From NCBI RefSeq assembly GCF_050725395.1, contig NZ_JBOHHL010000008.1, positions 22,736 to 86,735 on the forward strand: 64,000 bases of DNA, given 5' to 3'. A program made the translations under genes and the position numbers. This DNA is from Aquabacterium sp. Lineage in GTDB: Bacteria > Pseudomonadota > Gammaproteobacteria > Burkholderiales > Burkholderiaceae_C. The notes under the pieces were generated by a model, which searched no databases, was not told the DNA's origin, and saw only the letters and a program-made list of their open reading frames with translations. Below, in pieces: positions 45,843 through 53,153 of this stretch (its first letter is position 1; every line of letters starts with the position of its first letter).

Positions 45843-46649
45843 GTGAAAACATCACGCCTCTTTGCCCGAGGCCGGCCGTCCATGCTCCGCACCCAATACC
45901 AAAAAGTACGTTCACTCAGTGTGTTCGACATCATGCGGATGCATGCCATCTTCGAGGCGAACTATGCCAACGGCCCGCTGGACACCTTCATGCGCGACCT
46001 GAGCAAGAAGGACGGCGTGTTCGTGGTGCGCAAGAAGTCCACCGACGAGATCGTGGGCTTTTCCACCCTCGGCATCCACGAGTTCGCCCACGAGGGGCGC
46101 ACCGTGCGCGGCCTGTTCAGCGGCGACACCATCATCGAAAAGGCCTACTGGGGTTCGCGCACGCTGCAGACGGCCTTCGCGCTCAAGCTCTTCACCGAGG
46201 CCATCAAGCGCCCCTTCTCGCGCCAATACTGGCTGCTGATCTCCAAAGGCTACAAGACCTACCTGCTGCTGAGCAAGAACTTCCCCGAGCACTACCCCCG
46301 GCGTGGCCACGACAACCCCCGCTTGAAGGACCTGGTGGTGGCGTACTGCGAAACCCTGTTCCCCGGCAAGCTGGACCACGCCGCGATGACGCTGGATTTT
46401 GGCGACAACGCCAATTGCCTGAAGCAGGACGTGGCAGGCATCGACGAGGCCTTGAAGGCACGCGAGCCCGACGTGGCGTTTTTCGAGCAGCGCAACCCGA
46501 ACTGGCAGCGCGGCACCGAACTGCCTTGCATCGCCCGGGCAGACCTGGCGATGTTCGCCTGGGCCATCTGGCCCTTCTTGTGGAAAGCCTTGTTCAAGCC
46601 GGCCAGGCGGAAAACCGTGCGCGAAGCCGGCGTCAATCAGGTCGTTTGA
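45843..46649 (+). CDS. Uncharacterised protein, possibly GNAT-fold acyltransferase-like
   Basis: 268-codon ORF with normal codon bias. GTG start at 45843, or ATG at 45882. Segment VVRKKSTDEIVGFSTLGIHEF...GDTIIEKAYWGSRTLQTAF is reminiscent of an acyl-CoA N-acyltransferase fold, but I recognise no family. Confidence 0.55.
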   Translation: MKTSRLFARGRPSMLRTQYQKVRSLSVFDIMRMHAIFEANYANGPLDTFMRDLSKKDGVFVVRKKSTDEIVGFSTLGIHEFAHEGRTVRGLFSGDTIIEKAYWGSRTLQTAFALKLFTEAIKRPFSRQYWLLISKGYKTYLLLSKNFPEHYPRRGHDNPRLKDLVVAYCETLFPGKLDHAAMTLDFGDNANCLKQDVAGIDEALKAREPDVAFFEQRNPNWQRGTELPCIARADLAMFAWAIWPFLWKALFKPARRKTVREAGVNQVV

Positions 46650-47086
46650 GGTGGTGGCGTGGCCACGCCCTCGCGGGCCCGCTCCGCATAGCGGTTGAAG
46701 CGCCAGGCGCTCGATTCCATGGTGATGCGCCGCCAGGTCGTGCGCTTTTCACCGGGCGTCATCTCGGGCCACAACTGCACCTCGTCGAAGGTGCGGCCGC
46801 AGCCCTTGCAGATGTCGTCGCCCTGGCTGGTGGAGCAGATGGCGATGCAGGGCGTGTCGGGCGTGGTCTCGTACCAGCACAACCAGGCCTGCTTGGCCTT
46901 GGCGGGCATGGTGGCCTCGTCGCACGAAGGCTCGCGGTAGTACACCATCAGGGCGTAGATCTCGGCCAGGGCGCCCACCTCCGGGCACGACTGGATGCCG
47001 TCCACCGAGGGACTGCGATCGCGCCACCAATTGATGGCCGATTCGATGTCCGTGATGTGGATGCCGGCCATGGCTGGGCTCGTCAT
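46637..47086 (-). CDS. DUF3717 + DUF1289 (Cys-rich) fusion protein
   Basis: ITDIESAINWWR (DUF3717-like) and PCIAICSTSQGDDICKGCGRTFDEVQLWPEM (DUF1289-like). Its ATG overlaps the trpS stop (ATGA). Confidence 0.72.
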   Translation of the reverse strand: MTSPAMAGIHITDIESAINWWRDRSPSVDGIQSCPEVGALAEIYALMVYYREPSCDEATMPAKAKQAWLCWYETTPDTPCIAICSTSQGDDICKGCGRTFDEVQLWPEMTPGEKRTTWRRITMESSAWRFNRYAERAREGVATPPPQTT

Positions 47087-48390
47087 TCCTGCGCGGCGAC
47101 CAGGGCGCTCAGCGCGGCTTCAACGTCGGCCTGGGCCACGCCAGCGGCGACGGCCACGGGCGCGCCGGCCAGGGCTGGCACGCCTTCCTGCTTGAAGCGC
47201 TTGACCCAGGCACCCGCTTCACGGCCATCGGCGAAGGCCTGGCTTTGCAGCAGCAGGCCGCCATCGGCCGAGGTCAGCTTGAAATAGAACTGGCCGTCGG
47301 CCTCACGGTATTGCTTGAACACCGGCACGGCTGATTTCGTGGCCTGCGCGGCTTTGCCCGCTGGCGCCGCCACGGCCACCATCTTGCGCAGGCCCACCGC
47401 GTTGCGCAGTTCGCCCAGGAAAGGCGTGGCCACGGCGCGGGCCTTGCGCGCACCGGCCAGCAGGATCTCTTCGATCTGCTCGGGGTGGGCCATCAGGTGC
47501 TCGTACTTCTCGCGCATGGGGCCCACGTGGGCTTCGATCAGGTCGACCACGCGCTGCTTGGCTTCGCCCCAGGCCAGGCCGGCGAGCAGGTCGGCGTGGA
47601 AGCTGGCGCGCTGTTCGGCGCTGGCAAAGGCATCGTGGATGGTGACCAGGTGGGCGCCTTCCGGATCCTTGGGCTCGCCGGGCAGCTTCGAATCGGTGAC
47701 GATGCGCGCGATGGCCTCCTTCAAGGCCTTGGCCCCGCCCTGGAACAAGGGCACCGTGTTGTCGTAGCTCTTGGACATCTTGCGGCCATCCAGACCGGGC
47801 AAGGTGGCCACGGTTTCCTCGATCTCGGCCTGGGGCAGCACGAACAGCTCGCGGCCCTGGCCGAACAGGTGATTGAAGCGCTGGGCCACGTCGCGCGCCA
47901 TCTCGATGTGCTGCACCTGGTCGCGGCCCACGGGCACGCGGTGGGCGTTGAACAGCAAGATGTCGGCCGCCATCAGGATGGGGTAGCAGTACAGGCCCAT
48001 GGTCACGTTGGCGTCCGGGTCCTCGCCAGCGGCCACGCTCGCGTCCACCGTGGCCTTGTAGGCGTGGGCGCGGTTCATCTGGCCCTTGGCGGTCACGCAG
48101 GTCAGCAGCCAGTTCAGCTCGGTGGTCTCGGGGATGTCGCTCTGGCGGTAGAAGGTGACGCGTTCCGGGTCCAGGCCGGCCGCGACCCAGCTGGCGGCGA
48201 TCTCGATGCGCGAGCGCTCGATGCGGGCCGGGTCGTCGCACTTGATGAGCGCGTGGTAGTCGGCCAGGAAAAAAAAGCTTTCGACGCCGGCTTCACGGCT
48301 GGCCGCGATGGCGGGTCGGATGGCCCCGACGTAGTTGCCAAGGTGCGGGGTGCCGGTGGTGGTGATGCCGGTGAGAACGCGTTCGGTCAT
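47083..48390 (-). CDS. trpS: Tryptophan--tRNA ligase with C-terminal YegP/DUF1508-like extension
   Basis: TTGTPHLGNYVGAIRP (HIGH-type), GRKMSKSY (KMSKS). About 100 extra C-terminal residues include VPVFKQYREADGQFYFKLTSADGGLLLQSQAFADGREAGAWVKRFKQ. Confidence 0.93.
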   Translation of the reverse strand: MTERVLTGITTTGTPHLGNYVGAIRPAIAASREAGVESFFFLADYHALIKCDDPARIERSRIEIAASWVAAGLDPERVTFYRQSDIPETTELNWLLTCVTAKGQMNRAHAYKATVDASVAAGEDPDANVTMGLYCYPILMAADILLFNAHRVPVGRDQVQHIEMARDVAQRFNHLFGQGRELFVLPQAEIEETVATLPGLDGRKMSKSYDNTVPLFQGGAKALKEAIARIVTDSKLPGEPKDPEGAHLVTIHDAFASAEQRASFHADLLAGLAWGEAKQRVVDLIEAHVGPMREKYEHLMAHPEQIEEILLAGARKARAVATPFLGELRNAVGLRKMVAVAAPAGKAAQATKSAVPVFKQYREADGQFYFKLTSADGGLLLQSQAFADGREAGAWVKRFKQEGVPALAGAPVAVAAGVAQADVEAALSALVAAQE

Positions 48391-48472
48391 GGTGGGCTTG
48401 GGAAGCGGTTGCGGGGGTGGAGGCGGGGAAGTGCCGCATTGTAAAAGGGCACCCCGCTACACTCTACGCCGC

Positions 48473-49108
48473 ATGAAAAACATCGTCATCCTGATTTCCG
48501 GACGCGGCTCCAACATGGAAGCCATCGTCGAGGCCTGTGCCTCGCAGCAATGGCCGGCGCGCATCGCGGCCGTCATCAGCAACAAGCTGGATGCGGGCGG
48601 CCTGCGCTACGCCGCCGACCGGGGCATCGCCACGGCCAGCGTGAACCACAAGGACTACGCCACGCGCGAGGACTTCGACGCCGAGCTGGCGCGCACCATC
48701 GATGGTTTCGCGCCCGATGTGGTGGTGCTGGCCGGCTTCATGCGCATCCTGACCGAAGGCTTCGTGCGGCACTTCGAAGGCCGCATGCTCAACATCCACC
48801 CCTCGCTGTTGCCGGCTTTTCCGGGCCTGCACACGCATGCGCGCGCCATCGAGGCGGGGTGCAAGCTGGCGGGCGCCACGGTGCATTTCGTGACGCCGGA
48901 ACTCGACCATGGGCCCATCGTGGTCCAGGCCGCCGTGCCGGTCTTGCCAGGCGACACGCCCGACACGCTGTCGGCACGGGTGCTGCAGCAAGAGCACGCG
49001 GTCTACCCGCGGGCGGTGCGCTGGTTCGTGGAAGGCACCTTGCAGGTCAACGGCCACCAGGTGGCGCAAACCGAAGGCGAAGCGCAACTGGTGGTGGCCG
49101 CCGCCTGA
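48473..49108 (+). CDS. purN: Phosphoribosylglycinamide formyltransferase
   Basis: Start at ATG 48473 (MKNIVILISGRGSNMEAI). NIHPSLLPAFPGLH, ATVHFVTPELDHGPI. Confidence 0.93.
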   Translation: MKNIVILISGRGSNMEAIVEACASQQWPARIAAVISNKLDAGGLRYAADRGIATASVNHKDYATREDFDAELARTIDGFAPDVVVLAGFMRILTEGFVRHFEGRMLNIHPSLLPAFPGLHTHARAIEAGCKLAGATVHFVTPELDHGPIVVQAAVPVLPGDTPDTLSARVLQQEHAVYPRAVRWFVEGTLQVNGHQVAQTEGEAQLVVAAA

Positions 49109-49127
49109 GCGGCCCACCACCCAGAGG

Positions 49128-49751
49128 TCAAGCGGCCGATCGGCGCCGACGCGCCCAGCCCAGGGCCAGCAGGCCGATGCCCGTCATGGCCCAGCTGGTC
49201 GGCTCGGGCACCGCGCTGCTGAGGCGCACATTGTCGATGTGCAGGATCTCGATCGGGCCATTGCCGGCTTCCAGGCTGATGTCCACCTGCTGCAGATTGG
49301 CCAGCACCGTGGACAGGATCTCGGGGGTGGTGTTCCAACTGGCCGCGTCCAGCGTGACCGAATAGGTGGCCCAGCCCAGGCCCGGCGCATCGCCAGCGGC
49401 CACGTCCACCGCCACGGAACCCAGGGTCGAGAACAAGGTGATGGTGCCGAACTCGGGCCAGTAGGCGTCGATGGCCGATTCCAGGCGGGCATCGAACGAC
49501 AAGGTGCCGCCGAGGTAAGGCAACCAACCCCCCGTCAGCGCCGAACCGGGCAAAAGCAGGGACACATTGGTGTCGCCCGTCAGGTCCTGCACGCGCAGGT
49601 AACCCGCGGATTGGTGACTCAGCACCCCCGCCGGCTCGTTGACGGTGAAGCCCTGGGCATCCTGGTCAAAGGTGTAGGCCAGGTCGGCCTGAGCCTGGGT
49701 GGCGGCACCGGCCATTAACGCGGTGGACAACAAGGTCTGGATGATGCGCAT
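49128..49751 (-). CDS. PEP-CTERM-anchored secreted protein (unknown domain)
   Basis: Signal peptide MRIIQTLLSTALMAGAATQAQA, a ~150-aa beta-rich domain, and C-terminal VPEPTSWAMTGIGLLALGWARRRRSAA. Confidence 0.75.
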   Translation of the reverse strand: MRIIQTLLSTALMAGAATQAQADLAYTFDQDAQGFTVNEPAGVLSHQSAGYLRVQDLTGDTNVSLLLPGSALTGGWLPYLGGTLSFDARLESAIDAYWPEFGTITLFSTLGSVAVDVAAGDAPGLGWATYSVTLDAASWNTTPEILSTVLANLQQVDISLEAGNGPIEILHIDNVRLSSAVPEPTSWAMTGIGLLALGWARRRRSAA

Positions 49752-49819
49752 GGGTACTCCCGGTTGGTATGGTGACCGGCAGTCTAGCCTCGCCGCACGG
49801 GGATGTGAATCCCAATGCC

Positions 49820-50539
49820 CTAGGGGACGAAGACATAGCCATGGCCGCGAACCGTCTGGATGTAGCGGGGGCGCGATGGCTCGGGCTCCAGCGCCTTGCG
49901 CAGACGCACGATGGAGGCGTCGACCGCGCGTGGCATCACATCGTCCGACCTGGGGTGCGAGACCTGCAGCAGGCGCTCGCGGGTGATCGCGGCATGGGGG
50001 TTGAGCACCAACTCGGCCAGGATGGCGTATTCGACCGTGCTGAGGATGCGCATCTCACCATCGCGCTGCAGGCTGCGCGAGGCGGCCATGAAGGTGTGCT
50101 CGCCAATGCGCACGGCGGCATCCGCGCCCGCGCCCGATTCGGCCACGACCGGCGCCGGCCTCGCTGCCCGCCGCAACAGGGCCCGGACGCGGGCCAGCAA
50201 CTCGCGCGTGGAAAAAGGCTTGCTGAGGTAATCGTCGGCCCCCATTTCCAGGCCCAGCACGCGGTCGATTTCCTCGTTGCGCGCGGTCACCAGCATGAGG
50301 GGCACATCGTGGCCTGCGGCGCGCAGGCGCCGGCAGGCATCCAGCCCATCCAGGCCGGGCAGGCCAATGTCCATGAGGATGAGGTCGGGCCGCGACTCGG
50401 ACACGCGCTGCAGCATCTCTTCGGCGCGCACCATGGCCGTGACGGTGAAGCCCTGCTTGCGCAGGTAGTCGGACATCATGTCCTGCAAAGAGAGATCGTC
50501 TTCCACAAGGTACAGGTGACAAGGCCGATCGTGTTCCAT
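49820..50539 (-). CDS. OmpR/PhoB-family response regulator (orphan, no adjacent kinase)
   Basis: REC: HLYLVEDDLSL...DLILMDIGLPGLDG...SKPF. Winged helix: LSTVEYAILAELV...RAVDASIVRLRKAL...IQTVRGHGYVF. Start at ATG 50539, or ATG 50569. Confidence 0.88.
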   Translation of the reverse strand: MEHDRPCHLYLVEDDLSLQDMMSDYLRKQGFTVTAMVRAEEMLQRVSESRPDLILMDIGLPGLDGLDACRRLRAAGHDVPLMLVTARNEEIDRVLGLEMGADDYLSKPFSTRELLARVRALLRRAARPAPVVAESGAGADAAVRIGEHTFMAASRSLQRDGEMRILSTVEYAILAELVLNPHAAITRERLLQVSHPRSDDVMPRAVDASIVRLRKALEPEPSRPRYIQTVRGHGYVFVP

Positions 50540-50639
50540 CGTGGTACTGCGTTGGGAAGGAATCCGCATCCTAGGGATGGGCCCCGGGTTTTGATCCGCC
50601 CATAAGCTCCAAGTGGGAGCCGTTCATCGGCCAATATGG

Positions 50640-50714
50640 TTCATGACATTTTCACGCCCTGAATCAGCGCAGTTTTTATTTCAAACTCGACATGAATTCA
50701 TCACATTGTGACGC
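50640..50714. promoter_or_regulatory. Pair of 18-bp direct repeats in the divergent control region
   Basis: TTCATGACATTTTCACGC (50640-50657) and TTCATCACATTGTGACGC (50697-50714) match at 15 of 18 positions. Further GTGA[CT] motifs follow at 50718-50752. The intergenic region is AT-rich. Confidence 0.4.
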
Positions 50715-50884
50715 GGGGTGATGTCGCCGTGACTCATGGCGCCGTTTGTGATAACGGGATGACCTGTCCACGCCACCACCGTGAGGCGGCCGCCAAATAC
50801 CGCCACTTCCAAGGCCAGATTGCCTGAACGGGGTATATCGCGGCACCTAGGATTCATTCACCTCATCACTTACCGGAGTTTGAA

Positions 50885-51241
50885 ATGAATGGCATCCAAC
50901 ATTATTCCGTGCGCCCCAATACCCCGCCTTCCGTGAATAAAGCCATCGGCCAGGCCAGTGATTCAAGTTCATTTGGCCCGATGATGTCCAGCGCCCTGTC
51001 GGCCGCCGCCGCGGCCAGTGCGCCGACCAGCAGCGCGGTGTGCGCCATCAGCCAGGAAGGGCTGTCGGAACTGGCCAAGGTGTCCCGCGATGCTTATCGC
51101 GCGGCCGACGCCGCGGTGCATGCCACCACGTCCTTCGTTGGCCAAGCCATCGACGCCGTGGGCGACGCCATCGACGCGGCCGAAACCTGCGCGGGCCACG
51201 CCGTCATCGCGGGCGTCACCGCCTTCAACAAGCTGGTTTGA
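50885..51241 (+). CDS. Hypothetical Ala-rich 118-aa protein, no signal peptide
   Basis: ORF with RBS GGAG 8 nt upstream. No recognisable family. It is the first gene of a tight 3-gene operon with a 9-nt gap to the next gene. Confidence 0.5.
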   Translation: MNGIQHYSVRPNTPPSVNKAIGQASDSSSFGPMMSSALSAAAAASAPTSSAVCAISQEGLSELAKVSRDAYRAADAAVHATTSFVGQAIDAVGDAIDAAETCAGHAVIAGVTAFNKLV

Positions 51242-51250
51242 GGCACGGCC

Positions 51251-51811
51251 ATGAATGTCCGCCCGACGCCCCTGCTGGCCGCCTTGCTGCTCTCGTCGCC
51301 GCTGTTCACGGCCTGTTCGGTGGTCAGCCCCCACCCCCTGTGGGAGCTGGCCAAGGCCTCGGGCGCGACGGTCAGCGCGGCGGTGAGCACCGCCGCGCCG
51401 GGCAAGGCCATCAACACCGTCTACCACCTGCATGCCCCGGTGCGCAGCGTCTGCATCGAGTTCAACCCCGACACCCAGGTGCCCGACATCGTCCCGGCAC
51501 TGCAGATCGAACTGAAAGCCCAGCGGGTGGAAAGCCGGGTTTATGAATCACGCTCGGCCACTGGCCTGTGCAAATTCTGGCTGCGGTACAGCGCCTACAC
51601 GGGGATGGATATTCCACCGCTGGGGGGCGACTACAAACCTTATATCCAGCAAGCCACCCTGACTTTGTGGAATGGCAGCGAACAGATATTGGCCAGCAGC
51701 CATTATGACCCGGGCGGCCCATTCGGAGTCGGAAAATGGGCCAGCACCCGAGCCAAATTGGCCCCGGTGGTTCAGGCCTTGATCACCGGCGAAGAAAATA
51801 CCAAGGATTAA
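51251..51811 (+). CDS. Hypothetical lipoprotein (186 aa)
   Basis: Signal peptide with lipobox LLLSSPLFTAC|S. No recognisable family. 4-nt gap to flgH. Confidence 0.6.
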   Translation: MNVRPTPLLAALLLSSPLFTACSVVSPHPLWELAKASGATVSAAVSTAAPGKAINTVYHLHAPVRSVCIEFNPDTQVPDIVPALQIELKAQRVESRVYESRSATGLCKFWLRYSAYTGMDIPPLGGDYKPYIQQATLTLWNGSEQILASSHYDPGGPFGVGKWASTRAKLAPVVQALITGEENTKD

Positions 51812-51815
51812 TTCC

Positions 51816-52520
51816 ATGAACACGACTCACCGCCGGCTCATGATCTGCGCCATGGCCCTCCCTTGTCTGAATACCTTGGGTGGTTGCAGTTCGACGTCGC
51901 CATTCTCCAACCTGCCGATGTCGGCCGCGCCCTACGAAACCCCGGTCTACATCGAGAAAATCAACACCGGCTCGCTGTTCCAGCCCGGCATGGACGCCAC
52001 CTCGCTTTTTTCGGGCGACCGAAAACCCCGGGCCGTGGGCGACACCCTGAAAATCAACATCGCCGAGAAATTCGCGGCCACGAACAAGGTCAACACCAGC
52101 ACGAGCCGTGACAACAAGGTGGCCACCAAAGGACCCGGCACCGCCAACCCCAACGGCGGTTTCATCGACCGGGTGCTGAACGTCGACGCCAGCGCGGGCG
52201 GCAGCGACGCCTACAAAGGCGCCGGCACCACCGACAGCTCGGGCAGCCTGAACGCCTTGCTCACGGCCTCGGTCATCAATGTGCTGCCCAACGGGCACCT
52301 GATGGTGGCCGGCGAGCGCAGCATCACGCTCAACGGCGGCACCAGCAACCTGCGCTTCCACGGCGTGGTCAACCCCAAGACGGTGAAGGCCGGCAACATC
52401 GTGGCCTCGGAAGACGTGCTCAACGCCCGCTTCGAGGTCGGCGGCCAGGGCGATGTGTCGGACGCCGGCTCGCGCAACTGGCTGCAGCGCTTCCTGACCA
52501 ACAACCTGGTCATCTGGTGA
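51816..52520 (+). CDS. flgH: Flagellar L-ring lipoprotein FlgH homologue (orphan location)
   Basis: Lipobox NTLGGC|SS. GSLFQPG...LFSGDRKPRAVGDTLKINIAE, VLPNGHLMVAGERSITLNGGTSNLRFHGVVNPKTV, SRNWLQRFL. Collinear with E. coli FlgH as I remember it. Confidence 0.85.
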   Translation: MNTTHRRLMICAMALPCLNTLGGCSSTSPFSNLPMSAAPYETPVYIEKINTGSLFQPGMDATSLFSGDRKPRAVGDTLKINIAEKFAATNKVNTSTSRDNKVATKGPGTANPNGGFIDRVLNVDASAGGSDAYKGAGTTDSSGSLNALLTASVINVLPNGHLMVAGERSITLNGGTSNLRFHGVVNPKTVKAGNIVASEDVLNARFEVGGQGDVSDAGSRNWLQRFLTNNLVIW

Positions 52521-52535
52521 TGCGGGCGCTGCCCT

Positions 52536-53153
52536 TCAAGCCAGCACGGCGCGGCTGGCCAGCGCGGCCGCGGCGGCGCGCGTTTCCACGCCCAGCTTCT
52601 CGAAGATGTGCTCCAGGTGCTTGTTCACCGTCCGGTGGCTCAGGCCCAGGATCTCGGCAATGTCGCGGTTGGTCTTGCCCTTGGCCAGCCAGGACAACAC
52701 CTCGGTTTCCCGTGGCGTGAGCGCGGCCAGGTCCAGGCGCGGGCGCGTGCCCCAGGCGTTGCGCAGGTGCGTGGCCAGGCGGGCCAGCACTTCCTCGATG
52801 CGCACGGGCTTGACCACGTAGTCCACGCCACCGGCATCGAAGCCGGCCACCACATCGGCCGTCTCCGACAGGCCCGTCATGAAGATCACCGGGATCTTGC
52901 ACCACACCTCATGCGCCTTGATCTGGCGGCAGGTCTCGAAGCCCGACAGGCCGGGCATCACGGCGTCCAGCAGGATGGCATCGGGCTGGATCAGCGACAG
53001 GCGTTCCAGGGCCTGCAGCCCATCGCGGGCCACCAGCACGGTGTAGCCCTCGTTGGCCAGCGCATCGCACAGCATGCGCAAGGTGTCGACGGCATCGTCC
53101 ACCACCAGCACGGTGCCCAGGTGGGGTTCAGGCTTGGGGCTCATCCAGCGCAT
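52536..53153 (-). CDS. NarL/FixJ (LuxR-HTH) family response regulator
   Basis: REC: VLVVDDAVDTL...DAILLDAVMPGLSG...KP. HTH: LTPRETEVLSWLAKGKTNRDIAEILGLSHRTVNKHLEHIFEKLGV. It overlaps the 3' end of the kinase gene. ATG 53144 is an alternative start. Confidence 0.9.
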   Translation of the reverse strand: MRWMSPKPEPHLGTVLVVDDAVDTLRMLCDALANEGYTVLVARDGLQALERLSLIQPDAILLDAVMPGLSGFETCRQIKAHEVWCKIPVIFMTGLSETADVVAGFDAGGVDYVVKPVRIEEVLARLATHLRNAWGTRPRLDLAALTPRETEVLSWLAKGKTNRDIAEILGLSHRTVNKHLEHIFEKLGVETRAAAAALASRAVLA

